Notes: generated by a model from the letters alone, not told the origin. 64,000 bases of DNA from Candidatus Omnitrophota bacterium (GCA_038222225.1 JBBRHV010000004.1:6778-70777); one strand, 5' to 3'; shown: positions 12,717-22,408, numbered from the stretch's first letter. Translations and numbers: made by a program.

Positions 12717-13163
12717 CTAAAAATGACGATCCACAAGCTCAAAAAATCTTTTCGCTAGATTTTCATTGCCATAGGTGGACGGCTTCCAAATCAGGAACGT
12801 ACTGGTGACCATGTAACGCATCTCAACTTCCGAAACTTCCCCATTCGAGCGAACATACACATTGATACGCGCATAACGCGTCCCAACAAAAAACGAGGTC
12901 TGACGGATCTTTGTGATCATCAAAAGTTCCTCCTTAACCCCCCGCTGAGACGAAATTTCATAGACCTCAGGCGAAGCCTCCTCTTCAATCTCCCATCCTA
13001 AATCTGAAAACGCGAGCCGGACGGCCTGAGACGTTCTCGCAAAATCCGCATAAAACTGCTTCGTGGAAGCCCTCTTATTCTGAAGATATCCGGGGACCTG
13101 AATGGTCGTGCACCCCGCAAAAAAGCCAACGAACATCAACAACAAAACAGTCCATCGTCGCAT
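12717..13163 (-). CDS. lipoprotein, hypothetical
   Basis: MRRWTVLLLMFVGFFAGC lipobox signal peptide; no family recognised. Confidence 0.5.
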   Translation of the reverse strand: MRRWTVLLLMFVGFFAGCTTIQVPGYLQNKRASTKQFYADFARTSQAVRLAFSDLGWEIEEEASPEVYEISSQRGVKEELLMITKIRQTSFFVGTRYARINVYVRSNGEVSEVEMRYMVTSTFLIWKPSTYGNENLAKRFFELVDRHF

Positions 13164-13167
13164 AGGT

Positions 13168-13830
13168 CTACTCCTTTTTTCCTAACAACATTTTTATGTC
13201 TGCCGGCAGTTCAGCCTCTATGGAAATCGTTTTTCCTGTCGCCGGGTTTGGCCATGCCATGCGTTGGCAATGCAGCGCCAAACGTTTAAATTTGATATCG
13301 AAATCTTTCCTGAACGCATAAATGCGCTCACCAAGGATCGGATACCCCATACCGGCAAAATGAATCCTGATCTGATGCGTCCTCCCGGTTTCCGGCACAA
13401 CCTCCAGCATCGTAAACCCCGAATAATATTTCAAGACACGATAATGCGTTACCGCCATCTTACCTAAACTTCTTGCGGCATATTGACGTTGATATGCGTC
13501 CTGAATCCGTGAACGGACCGTCCCCGCCCGTTGCTCCACCCGTCCTTTAACAACCGCAATGTAGGTCTTTGAAACTTTTCCCTCATGGAATAACGCCATC
13601 ATCTGTTTTTGATTCTGTTTTCCCCAGCCATAAATAATGACTCCGGACGTTTCTTTATCCAAACGGTGGCAGGGGTGTAGTCTGACAGAGCCGGAACACG
13701 CGTTCTGTTCGTTTACAATATCGGTAAATGTTTTCTGTGTTTGATGCGGAGCAGGCGTGACAATGGATCCGGAAGGCTTATCAAAAACCGCGCAATAATC
13801 ATCCTGATATAGAACCGTAATCTGTCGCAT
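13168..13830 (-). CDS. RluA-family 23S rRNA/tRNA pseudouridine synthase
   Basis: Catalytic motif HRLDKETSGVIIY; overall RluA/RluC/RluD-like. Confidence 0.85.
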   Translation of the reverse strand: MRQITVLYQDDYCAVFDKPSGSIVTPAPHQTQKTFTDIVNEQNACSGSVRLHPCHRLDKETSGVIIYGWGKQNQKQMMALFHEGKVSKTYIAVVKGRVEQRAGTVRSRIQDAYQRQYAARSLGKMAVTHYRVLKYYSGFTMLEVVPETGRTHQIRIHFAGMGYPILGERIYAFRKDFDIKFKRLALHCQRMAWPNPATGKTISIEAELPADIKMLLGKKE

Positions 13831-13868
13831 GGTAAATCCAACAGCTGATTGATAGGAGAACCAGACAC

Positions 13869-14039
13869 CTACTCCTCAGGAGACCCTTCTTCTTCATCCT
13901 GATAAATCTGCATCTCCAAAAGACTACTGATATGATTTAATTTTCGCAAAATAAGCAATGGAAAAAACACAACCAGCCATAACTGAATCGCAACGAACAA
14001 CATTTGCTGTGCCGGCGTCAATGCTAAAACATTTTCCAT
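13869..14039 (-). CDS. small membrane protein (hypothetical, may be spurious)
   Basis: MENVLALTPAQQMLFVAIQLWLVVFFPLLIL from the first ATG at 14039; one hydrophobic helix and an acidic tail. Only support is the open frame filling the gap. Confidence 0.25.
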   Translation of the reverse strand: MENVLALTPAQQMLFVAIQLWLVVFFPLLILRKLNHISSLLEMQIYQDEEEGSPEE

Positions 14040-14051
14040 ATAAAACCTCAA

Positions 14052-14441
14052 TTATTCTTTTTCTTTTTGATCCTTGGTCATCCCGAACTGAATAAAATCC
14101 GAGATGGCATTGGCATCTTTATCGCTGATATCATTAAAGAAAATAGCGACATAATAGCCCTTTTCGTTGTCGCTGGCTGGCTCAGTACGCACAACGACGC
14201 CATCACAGGCCACCTTCTTTGTTTGAAGCCGTTTTCCCTTACGAACCGATAAAAGCAATTGAACCTTGAGCTTTGTCATCGGTTCAATATACTCCTCAAC
14301 CCGACAAAAAGCCCCGGCACGGCTGACATTCTGAGTCTCTGTCACCGTGTCGAACTCTTCCCCGCAAATCTTCACCGGAATATTTTCGCTTAACCGTGGA
14401 AATTTACGTCGGTCTTCAGGATTCCCTTTGGATTGAATCAT
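14052..14441 (-). CDS. PilZ domain protein (c-di-GMP receptor)
   Basis: RRKFPRL (RxxxR) and NVSRAGAF (DxSxxG-like) PilZ motifs; first ATG at 14441. Confidence 0.75.
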   Translation of the reverse strand: MIQSKGNPEDRRKFPRLSENIPVKICGEEFDTVTETQNVSRAGAFCRVEEYIEPMTKLKVQLLLSVRKGKRLQTKKVACDGVVVRTEPASDNEKGYYVAIFFNDISDKDANAISDFIQFGMTKDQKEKE

Positions 14442-14490
14442 AACCACACCGCCTCGCTATAAGGTCGTCTGTTGATTGATCTTCAGATCG

Positions 14491-14658
14491 CTATGATGAC
14501 TGCCCTTCAGCAGCACTGGCTTTTAATTCAGCAACTTTCTTACGCCAACAATTTTGATTGCAATAATACCGACCGTTTCGATAAAACCGTTTAGCAGGGT
14601 TCACGCTTTTATTGCAAGACCCACATTTTTTCATTTCTTCACTCTGTTCAGCAGCCAT
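14491..14658 (-). CDS. small zinc-ribbon protein, TRASH/YHS-like
   Basis: CGSCNKSV...RFYRNGRYYCNQNCW: CxxC, an aromatic block, then CxxxC, typical of TRASH/YHS metal-binding domains. ATG at 14658 with AAGGAG upstream (14634 is an alternative start). Confidence 0.5.
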   Translation of the reverse strand: MAAEQSEEMKKCGSCNKSVNPAKRFYRNGRYYCNQNCWRKKVAELKASAAEGQSS

Positions 14659-14696
14659 ACCTCTTGAAACTCCTTTCAAATTTACTTCACCATCTA

Positions 14697-15029
14697 TTAT
14701 CCATGTTCATTCACAAACTCACGAATCTCAGCCCGGGAATAGAAATTTTGCTCTCCGTCATCAAACTCCAATCCAGCCTGATAACTGTCGCAATGAGGAA
14801 CCTTCTGAACCCAAGCGACTCTTCCGTTTATGGTCAAAATCCGATTGTCTTTACAGCGAAACGAAACAGCGACCTGACTATTCTTCGGTAAAAACTCTTC
14901 GGTCCGCAAACGAATTCCGCCAGCACTTAAATCAAACGCCACGCTTGCCCCCACCAACTCCCCTTTACAAGTGGAAAGCTGATAAGGCTCGCGGAATACA
15001 ACTCGTTTAAAGTGCCTTTGTTCCTCCAC
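14697..15029 (-). CDS. PilZ domain protein (c-di-GMP receptor)
   Basis: RHFKRV and DLSAGGIRL motifs; GTG start at 15029 preceded by GGAGAGG. Confidence 0.75.
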   Translation of the reverse strand: MEEQRHFKRVVFREPYQLSTCKGELVGASVAFDLSAGGIRLRTEEFLPKNSQVAVSFRCKDNRILTINGRVAWVQKVPHCDSYQAGLEFDDGEQNFYSRAEIREFVNEHG

Positions 15030-15167
15030 TTTTCCTCTCCAAAACTTATGTGGTGTGAATCATTAGGGTGAATTATAGCACATTCTCAAAGCTTCACAAT
15101 GTTTTTTTAGACAGAGGATTCGTCTTTTTTGCTTTATCCGAAAGCCACAAAATGTTATAATTCAACC

Positions 15168-15986
15168 ATGTATAATAATTTTTATGGCTTTAAAGAAAGC
15201 CCCTTCAATGTTACGTCCGACCCGGAATTTTTTTTTCCAAGCGCAAACCATGAAGAGGCGTTCTCTCATTTGATCTTTGGGATTAACCAACGCAAAGGGA
15301 TCCTGGCGATAACCGGAGAGATCGGAACAGGCAAAACCACCCTCTGCCGAACACTCTTGAACAGGCTGGATAATAACATTAAGTCCGCCCTGATCCTCAA
15401 CCCCTATTTTTCTGAAATACAGCTTCTTCAGTTGATCATCAAAGATCTGGGCATTGAAGGCCATTTCCGCAACAAACTCCAGCTTATTGAAGCATTAAAT
15501 CACTACCTGATCGAAGAGTCCTTGGAAGGCAATAATGTCGTGGTCATCATTGACGAAGCCCAAAATCTAAAAGTCCGGCAGCTGGAACAAATCCGTTTAT
15601 TGTCAAACCTGGAAACAGAAAAGACCAAACTTCTTCAGATTGTCCTGGTTGGCCAGCCGGAGCTGCTTGACAAACTCAAACTGGACTCCTTACGTCAGCT
15701 TAATCAGCGGATTTCCGTCCGTTACCACATCCTTCCGCTCAAAAAGGAAGAACTGGAAAAATATATCAATCACCGCCTCCATATTGCCAAAGAAAACCAC
15801 AACGGACATCCCAGTGTTGAATTTACAAATGACGCATTCGAGGCCATTTTTCATTTTTCACACGGCACACCGCGTTTAATCAACATTTTATGCGACCGGG
15901 CGCTTTTAAACGGATTCGTACGTGAAACCCGAATCATTGATCAACCGATGGTCTGCAAATGCGCGAAAGAGACCATCAGCACTTAA
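15168..15986 (+). CDS. ExeA/GspA-like AAA+ ATPase (secretion/pilus assembly associated)
   Basis: MYNNFYGFKESPF... ExeA N-terminus; Walker A GEIGTGKTT; Walker B VVIIDEAQ. ATG at 15168 lies 6 nt after a TATAAT (15156-15161), suggesting a leaderless transcript. Confidence 0.8.
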   Translation: MYNNFYGFKESPFNVTSDPEFFFPSANHEEAFSHLIFGINQRKGILAITGEIGTGKTTLCRTLLNRLDNNIKSALILNPYFSEIQLLQLIIKDLGIEGHFRNKLQLIEALNHYLIEESLEGNNVVVIIDEAQNLKVRQLEQIRLLSNLETEKTKLLQIVLVGQPELLDKLKLDSLRQLNQRISVRYHILPLKKEELEKYINHRLHIAKENHNGHPSVEFTNDAFEAIFHFSHGTPRLINILCDRALLNGFVRETRIIDQPMVCKCAKETIST

Positions 15987-16002
15987 ATTCAGGAGCTTAC
16001 GG

Positions 16003-16545
16003 ATGAGTACTATCCATGATGCATTAAAAAAAGTTCAGGATAAAAACCCTGAACTTCAACCCACAAAACCAAAACTTAACCCGGTGACCGGTCAGCCGAT
16101 ATCCCTGAATCCCTCAATACAACCACCCGGGACTCCGCGCGCCAAAGACCCAAAAGGCCCAAAGATGTTCCTGAAAATTTTAGGTCAAATTTCATTTCTT
16201 CTGATCTTAATTGCATCCTGCCTGATAGCGGCAAAACACTACGGTTTCTTAGACCGAATTCAACTGCCAGAATGGAAAATCTCCCTCCCGTCAATCAAAA
16301 GCAAACCAAACAATCCGTATACTATAAAAACCGTCAAAGATAAACAGCAGCCTCCGCCACAAAGCCTTTCTGACCTCCACATCAGCGGAATCATGTCTTT
16401 GAACGGAAAAACCATCGTTCTGATCAACGGCGCAATTTATGAAAAAGGGGGTAAAATCCTAAACGCGGAGATTCTTTCGATTTCGACAGATCAAATTACA
16501 GTGTCTGAAAATGGGATGAAACGGATTCTTCGCATAAAAAAATAA
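16003..16545 (+). CDS. GspB/ExeB-like membrane-anchored protein
   Basis: AGGAG 7 nt before the ATG at 16003. Pro/Lys-rich N-terminus, one TM helix, and a C-terminal SGIMSLNGKTIVLINGAIYEKGGKI...ITVSENG segment resembling the GspB/PilP type. The track start at 15922 overlaps exeA. Confidence 0.45.
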   Translation: MSTIHDALKKVQDKNPELQPTKPKLNPVTGQPISLNPSIQPPGTPRAKDPKGPKMFLKILGQISFLLILIASCLIAAKHYGFLDRIQLPEWKISLPSIKSKPNNPYTIKTVKDKQQPPPQSLSDLHISGIMSLNGKTIVLINGAIYEKGGKILNAEILSISTDQITVSENGMKRILRIKK

Positions 16546-16610
16546 AGGCTGCCAAAACTTCACGCAACGGCTGCATTTAAAAAAATTCCACCGAAGGCGG
16601 CCTTAAAAAA

Positions 16611-17717
16611 CTACTCCTTATCGCTGCCGGAATATTTTTCAATGGCAGACTGAATCATCTGCGGATCAATTCCCTCTTTTACCTTCACGCTGCCAAGACC
16701 TGTCATTAAAACAAACCGGTTTTTACCTGACTTAAACTTTTTATCATGACGCATACGATTTAAGATATCCGCTAATCTTGGCCCTTCAATCAGCTCAGGA
16801 AGCCCGATACGGGTCAAAACATGATTGAGACGCTCAGCATCTTCCTCATTGGCCAATTTCATCTGCAAAGAGATCTCTGCCGCGATCCTCATCCCTAGAG
16901 CAATCGCCTCTCCGTGATGATACTCTTGATAATCACAGGCTGCCTCGATAGCATGACCAATGGTATGCCCAAAATTCAGAATCGTTCTTATTCCTTTTTC
17001 TTCCCGCTCATCACGGCCGACAATATTGGCCTTAATACGGCTGCACTGATAAACCACCTCGGTCAAAACCTTGGCATTACACCCGAGGAGAGCGTCCACA
17101 TTGGCCTCAATAAAAACAAACACATTTTTATCGCAAATCACCCCATATTTCACGGCCTCCGCCAGGCCATTGCGGATCTGCCGTTTATCCAGCGTAAACA
17201 ATGTCGTAATATCGCTATAAACAACCCGCGGATGATAGAACGCTCCGACCAAATTTTTACCAAACGGCAGATCGATCGCCACCTTCCCTCCAATAGCAGA
17301 ATCAATTTGCGCTAAAAACGTTGTCGGAACTTGAACATAGGGAACCCCTCTACGGTAGGCGGCCGCCACATACCCGGCCAAATCTCCCACAACCCCGCCT
17401 CCAAAAGCAACAATAAACACATCTTCTCCGGCATGGCGATCGGCAATGCGCGCAATCAAATCAAAAGCAGCGACCGCGGATTTGCTTTGCTCCCCGCTGG
17501 GGACCTCCAAAAAATCAATCTGAAAACCGCTCTCTCGAAGACTTGTGGCAAGAAGCTTCCCGTGGTGCTGGCGGACAATCGGATTGGTCACAATGACCGC
17601 ATGCGTGCCGATCTTCATTTTCTGCAGCACTCCCCCAATATCTTTCAGGTGTCCACTGCCGATTTCAATAGGATAAAAAATCGATTCTTGCTTAACCTCA
17701 ACACGGACAGGAATCAT
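16611..17717 (-). CDS. aroB: 3-dehydroquinate synthase
   Basis: GGGVVGDLAGY and the metal-binding HGEA motif; first ATG at 17717. Confidence 0.9.
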   Translation of the reverse strand: MIPVRVEVKQESIFYPIEIGSGHLKDIGGVLQKMKIGTHAVIVTNPIVRQHHGKLLATSLRESGFQIDFLEVPSGEQSKSAVAAFDLIARIADRHAGEDVFIVAFGGGVVGDLAGYVAAAYRRGVPYVQVPTTFLAQIDSAIGGKVAIDLPFGKNLVGAFYHPRVVYSDITTLFTLDKRQIRNGLAEAVKYGVICDKNVFVFIEANVDALLGCNAKVLTEVVYQCSRIKANIVGRDEREEKGIRTILNFGHTIGHAIEAACDYQEYHHGEAIALGMRIAAEISLQMKLANEEDAERLNHVLTRIGLPELIEGPRLADILNRMRHDKKFKSGKNRFVLMTGLGSVKVKEGIDPQMIQSAIEKYSGSDKE

Positions 17718-17732
17718 GCCCAAAGCCTTTCG

Positions 17733-18338
17733 TTATAAAAGATTTATTCCCATCAGCCGAGCAATCCGTACGGCAATGGCAACAATGATTTCAAACAAAC
17801 CAAAATTCAAAAGAAGCAATACAATAATAATACCAAACCGCTCCCATTTTGCATACTGATAAGCAAAATGATTCGGAAGCATTCCCATTAAAATCTTCGA
17901 CCCATCTAACGGCGGAATAGGCAGCGTGTTGAACAACGCCAAAACCAGATTGATCCCAACCGCATAACAAAAAAACTCCTCGACACGGGCCGGAAAAACC
18001 GCAGTATGAACCAACCCGGCAGCCAATACCGCCAAAAGAAAATTTGTCCCGGGGCCGGCCGCTGTGACAAGAACCATATCCCGCTTAGGGCGCCGGAGGT
18101 TGTGAAAATTCACCGGCACGGGCTTCGCCCATCCAATTGGAAAAAGATTCAATAAACGAAGCGCAAACGGAACTAAAATCGTGCCGATCAAATCAATGTG
18201 TTTCAACGGATTCAACGTCAACCGGCCCGAGCGTTTCGCTGTTTCATCTCCCAGCCAAAAGGCAACTAACCCATGAGCCACCTCATGACACACAATCGCC
18301 ATGATGACAATTCCGAATAAAAGCGCATGATCCAGCAT
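17733..18338 (-). CDS. site-2 protease family (M50) zinc metalloprotease
   Basis: HEVAHG (HExxH) within a TM helix; multi-pass membrane protein; ATG at 18338. Confidence 0.75.
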   Translation of the reverse strand: MLDHALLFGIVIMAIVCHEVAHGLVAFWLGDETAKRSGRLTLNPLKHIDLIGTILVPFALRLLNLFPIGWAKPVPVNFHNLRRPKRDMVLVTAAGPGTNFLLAVLAAGLVHTAVFPARVEEFFCYAVGINLVLALFNTLPIPPLDGSKILMGMLPNHFAYQYAKWERFGIIIVLLLLNFGLFEIIVAIAVRIARLMGINLL

Positions 18339-18383
18339 AAACGTCCTCACCCTTAATAGAGAGCATCGAAAAATATATCTTAA

Positions 18384-19226
18384 TTATAATACGAGTTGAA
18401 CTTGTGTCACCAAAAGAATCGGCTGATCAGCCTGAACTTCTGACTGGGGAATGCCTTGAATCTGAACACGAAGATTTAAAAATCCATCCAAAACACTGCG
18501 GTATCCCTGAAGATAGAAAACCTGTCCTCCGTCGGCTTCCAGTCTATGCCGAACGGTTTCATTGAAGACCGGATCAAGCGCCTTGAGCGTTCCTTTAATA
18601 ACCAGAGCCTCCTGCTTTTTCTTTTCAAACTCCTGCAGCTTTTCCTGGCGCTCTTCAACAACCTCAACGTCTTGTTGCCGTTTCACTTCATAAATATTGC
18701 GGCTCGGCAACTCCACAACTTTTTCAGAAGGAACATTCAAGGAACGAAAATCCAACAGTTCCGCCTTGATCCATCCGGATACGCCGGACATCGGCTCAAT
18801 GCGATACCAGCCCTCGGACTCCCGTCCTAAAATCATAACCATTGCAGGGGAGGAAAGCTGACCTAAAACCGCCGAAGCTGTCTTGGGCTGTGCTCGAACA
18901 TTCACTTTTTTCCCCAAAACCTCACCCACACCATCTCTTAAATATTTTATGAAATCACTATGGACATAACATGACACCGTCTGCGGCAAACGAACTTCAT
19001 ACCAGCTGAAACTGCGGCCGATCACCACAAGTTCATCGCCCTGCTTGACCTGAGCAACAGATTCGAATCCCTTCGCTTGGCCGGCACGGATATTGGCAAG
19101 TTTAACATTGATCACACCAACAAACGGAAATGTTTCCTCGGTAGGAGACTGCGCACTCACACTTCCTGACATGGCTCCCCAAAAAAATACACTGACCATA
19201 CCAATAAGGACGTAGCACTTCATCAT
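18384..19226 (-). CDS. secreted protein with bacterial SH3 (SH3b) domains
   Basis: Signal peptide MMKCYVLIGMVSVFFWGAMSGSVSA, then two SH3_3-like repeats (ANIRAGQAKG...WYEV; VNVRAQPK...GWYRI). Confidence 0.6.
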   Translation of the reverse strand: MMKCYVLIGMVSVFFWGAMSGSVSAQSPTEETFPFVGVINVKLANIRAGQAKGFESVAQVKQGDELVVIGRSFSWYEVRLPQTVSCYVHSDFIKYLRDGVGEVLGKKVNVRAQPKTASAVLGQLSSPAMVMILGRESEGWYRIEPMSGVSGWIKAELLDFRSLNVPSEKVVELPSRNIYEVKRQQDVEVVEERQEKLQEFEKKKQEALVIKGTLKALDPVFNETVRHRLEADGGQVFYLQGYRSVLDGFLNLRVQIQGIPQSEVQADQPILLVTQVQLVL

Positions 19227-19241
19227 AATCGGAATACTGTT

Positions 19242-19502
19242 TTATTTTGCCGGTTTAGTTGCTTTAGCCGCTTTAGCATCCTTAGCAGGTGCCGGCGCAG
19301 CTGCAGCACCTTCCGCTTCTTCTTTTGCGGCTTTTCGTTTAGCTTTCACTCTCAGGATCTTAGTCTTTGGTAAAGACAGTACATCCTGATTTTCTTTCCA
19401 GGTTCCCTTTTTCATCAGATCTTTGATGCGCTCAATACGCGTCAAAACCGTTCTTTGTTGAGCACCCGCCGTATCAACTTTGAGTGATGGATGTAATGAC
19501 AT
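19242..19502 (-). CDS. small basic protein with a histone-H1-like Ala/Lys-rich tail
   Basis: ATG at 19502 with AAGGAG 7 nt upstream. C-terminus RVKAKRKAAKEEAEGAAAAPAPAKDAKAAKATKPAK. The track start at 19526 is a TTG covering the SD. Confidence 0.5.
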   Translation of the reverse strand: MSLHPSLKVDTAGAQQRTVLTRIERIKDLMKKGTWKENQDVLSLPKTKILRVKAKRKAAKEEAEGAAAAPAPAKDAKAAKATKPAK

Positions 19503-19504
19503 CT

Positions 19505-20137
19505 TTACAAACTCCTTATTAAACAATCCTTATAGATTTTTCTCATATCCTTAAACGTCCGCATGGCCTGAGAGCGCTCATTATATTTACCGACACAAAC
19601 AATATAATAGCTCCCCTTCTTGACCACAAATGCATCAAATCCCTTTTTTACAAGCGTTCCAGCCTCACGGTCTGCCCGTTCCTGCTGTTGAAATGATGCA
19701 ACTTGAATAGTATGTATTGTGTCTAAAGAAGGCGTTTTGTCAACACTTTTCTCCGCATCCGCCCCTTTTTCAGCATTTTTTAGAAAATCATCCTCAGCTG
19801 TCTTTGCTATCACCATCTTTGCGGCACCCACCGGATCAACGGCGGCCGCAGAAATCACCGGCTCCTCAACCTGCTGAACAACAGACGGTTGTGTGCTTTT
19901 TAAAGACACTTCCGGAACGGCAACACTGTCGGCTTGGGAAATCTGCAGGCGCTTGCCCTGTTCAACCCCAAAAGCAAACGCGATAATCAATGCCATCAGA
20001 AAAACAACACACACCACCACCATATTTTCTACGGTCAAAGCCCAGGCCTGAAAGGAAAACTGAGACTTTTCCTTGTGCGGCGATGCCCCGGGAGCCCCTG
20101 GAAAAAGCTCAAACTGTGACTGCCTTCGTAACATCAT
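19505..20137 (-). CDS. SPOR-domain membrane protein (septal peptidoglycan binding)
   Basis: One TM helix and a C-terminal SPOR signature IHTIQVASF...AFVVKKGSYYIVCVGKY; first ATG at 20137. Confidence 0.7.
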   Translation of the reverse strand: MMLRRQSQFELFPGAPGASPHKEKSQFSFQAWALTVENMVVVCVVFLMALIIAFAFGVEQGKRLQISQADSVAVPEVSLKSTQPSVVQQVEEPVISAAAVDPVGAAKMVIAKTAEDDFLKNAEKGADAEKSVDKTPSLDTIHTIQVASFQQQERADREAGTLVKKGFDAFVVKKGSYYIVCVGKYNERSQAMRTFKDMRKIYKDCLIRSL

Positions 20138-20138
20138 T

Positions 20139-21281
20139 TTAATCACCTTTACGCATTTGAAAAAGAAAATTCCGGAATCGACGATCCTTATAAAGGCCGC
20201 AAAAAGCCGCCACTATTTTAGGATCAAACTGTGTTCCGCTATTCTGTTTTAATTCCTCAACAGCTTCCTGAACGGTAAGCTTCTTCCGGTACGGCCGGCC
20301 CTGGATCATCGCTTCAAAAGCATCCACCACCGCCATAATGCGCGCCCCTAACGGAATCTGTTCCTTTTTCAAGCCCGACGGATATCCTGTTCCATCATAC
20401 TTCTCATGATGATATAAGATAATCGGCAAAACCGGTTTCAAAAACTGAACCGGCCGAATCAGGGCAGCACTGCGCGAAGGCATATCCCGGATCACCTTAA
20501 ATTCTTCCGGAGTCAATTGACTTTTCTTCGCTAAAACATCATAGGGAATATCCAAGGCGCCCGCACCCTGCAGAACACTGGCATAATATAAATTCTCAAT
20601 CCCTTTTTGACTCACATGCATCTGCTCTGCCAACGCGTTGGCGACGCTGAAATATACCGGCGCATGTTTGTACGCCAACGGACCCTGCTTCTGAAGAAGC
20701 GTGCCAATCAATTTAATGCTGCTCAAAATCGTTTGCTGCTGCTGTCCTGAAAGCTGTAAATACCGTAACGCGGTGACCGCCTGTTCACCGATCACCGCCA
20801 GCAGTTCCTGATCAAATTCGGTGAAGGCCGGAGACTTTGACGTGCGTTTGACAAAAATAGCACCAACGATGTCATCCGCCACCAACGGCAAACCCAGCAA
20901 TCTCGGTTCAAAAATCGAATACCCTTCGGTCGCGCGTAATTCTTTCTGTGAAATCTGCGCAAGCTCGATTTTCTTTTCCCAAAGAATGTTAATTTTATTA
21001 TTGAAGATGGCCACCATCACCACCTTCTTTTTCTCCGGGTCTAAAATAAAAACCCGCGCAGAATGGGCCTTAATAAATTGACACAAAAGCCTCGTTAACC
21101 GCAACGAAAGCTCTTTCACATTAAAGGTGGAATTCACAAGCCGATACACCATGTGAACGGCCGAAAGAACCTTATGATATTTTTGCGAGGTTGTCAGATT
21201 CATTATGAATATTTTAGGATGCTTTAACGAATGTGCAACCCTAAACTTTTGTATATGCATTAAAGAAACGCTTATGCTCAT
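20139..21281 (-). CDS. GAF-like sensor + HD-GYP c-di-GMP phosphodiesterase
   Basis: HHEKYDGTGYP (HD...GYP) motif. Start uncertain (ATG at 21281, 21260 or 21203), none with a good SD. Confidence 0.8.
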   Translation of the reverse strand: MSISVSLMHIQKFRVAHSLKHPKIFIMNLTTSQKYHKVLSAVHMVYRLVNSTFNVKELSLRLTRLLCQFIKAHSARVFILDPEKKKVVMVAIFNNKINILWEKKIELAQISQKELRATEGYSIFEPRLLGLPLVADDIVGAIFVKRTSKSPAFTEFDQELLAVIGEQAVTALRYLQLSGQQQQTILSSIKLIGTLLQKQGPLAYKHAPVYFSVANALAEQMHVSQKGIENLYYASVLQGAGALDIPYDVLAKKSQLTPEEFKVIRDMPSRSAALIRPVQFLKPVLPIILYHHEKYDGTGYPSGLKKEQIPLGARIMAVVDAFEAMIQGRPYRKKLTVQEAVEELKQNSGTQFDPKIVAAFCGLYKDRRFRNFLFQMRKGD

Positions 21282-22407
21282 CCAAGGCTGCCCGGTCGGT
21301 CATGCCGGCAATGTGATTGCAGATGATCTCGCACTTCTCAATCTCCGCACACTCCCGATTGCGCGGAAACACATCCGGAGGCAGCTGAAACGGCTCATGA
21401 ATATACACCTGAAATAAATCGTTTAAAACCCGTTTGGCCTTGGACGTCATCCTCAAGACACGGTAATGATGATACAGTTTTCGGTTCAACAGATCCTGAA
21501 GCTCATCGCGCAAGGCCCGCATGGCATGGCTAAACCCGATAATCTCACCCCTATGCTTTTTAACTTCCTCCACATTCTTAAAGTTTAATTCTTTAAGACG
21601 CGTATCGGTATGAGCGATCAGATCGCGAACCTGCATATCAATCAAAGCCTTGACAACTTGGTAACGCAGCATGTCCAGATCATTGACCCGGACCGTATCC
21701 CCCAAATGGTCAATAGCCATTTTCCACAATTCACTCGCCATCAAATCTTCCACGGAAATACAGCCGGATTTCAGGCCGTCATCGACATCATGATTGAGAT
21801 AGGCCAATGAATCCGCGCAATCCACCACCTGCGCCTCCAGCGTTGGACCCTCATCCCGGTATTTTTCTAAAAAGCCCGCCTCATCATAATCCGTTTGATG
21901 TTTTAAAATGCCGACCAAAACCTCATGCGTTAAATTCAAACCGTCAAAATCCGGATAACGCTTTTCAAATCGTGTGACGATCTCGAAACTTCTTAAATTG
22001 TGATTAAACCCCTGAGCGCCGCCATCTTTCATAATTCTGTCCAAGGCCTCTTCCCCGGCATGCCCGAACGGCGGATGCCCCAGGTCATGCGCAAGCGCGA
22101 TCGCCTCGACCAGATCCTCATTCAGCTGCAGGGTTCGTCCGACTGATCGGCCGATCTGCGCCACTTCAATCGTATGCGTCAAGCGGGTTCGATAATAATC
22201 TCCTTCAAAAATCACAAAAACCTGAGTTTTATATTCCAACCGACGAAACGCTGCCGAATGAACAATCCGGTCTCGGTCGCGCTGATAACAAGTGCGGAAA
22301 GGATGTGCCGGCTCATCATAATCACGCCCCAACGTCTGACTGCTGCACATGGCATACGGAGCTAAATTTTGTTCTTCCAGATGTTCAAAATCCTGCCTGC
22401 TGAGCAT
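21241..22407 (-). CDS. dgt: dGTP triphosphohydrolase-like HD phosphohydrolase
   Basis: HD-domain motifs RLTHTIEVAQIGR and HDLGHPPFGH. First ATG at 22407, directly abutting the HIT stop codon. Confidence 0.85.
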   Translation of the reverse strand: MLSRQDFEHLEEQNLAPYAMCSSQTLGRDYDEPAHPFRTCYQRDRDRIVHSAAFRRLEYKTQVFVIFEGDYYRTRLTHTIEVAQIGRSVGRTLQLNEDLVEAIALAHDLGHPPFGHAGEEALDRIMKDGGAQGFNHNLRSFEIVTRFEKRYPDFDGLNLTHEVLVGILKHQTDYDEAGFLEKYRDEGPTLEAQVVDCADSLAYLNHDVDDGLKSGCISVEDLMASELWKMAIDHLGDTVRVNDLDMLRYQVVKALIDMQVRDLIAHTDTRLKELNFKNVEEVKKHRGEIIGFSHAMRALRDELQDLLNRKLYHHYRVLRMTSKAKRVLNDLFQVYIHEPFQLPPDVFPRNRECAEIEKCEIICNHIAGMTDRAALDEHKRFFNAYTKV

Positions 22408-22408
22408 A

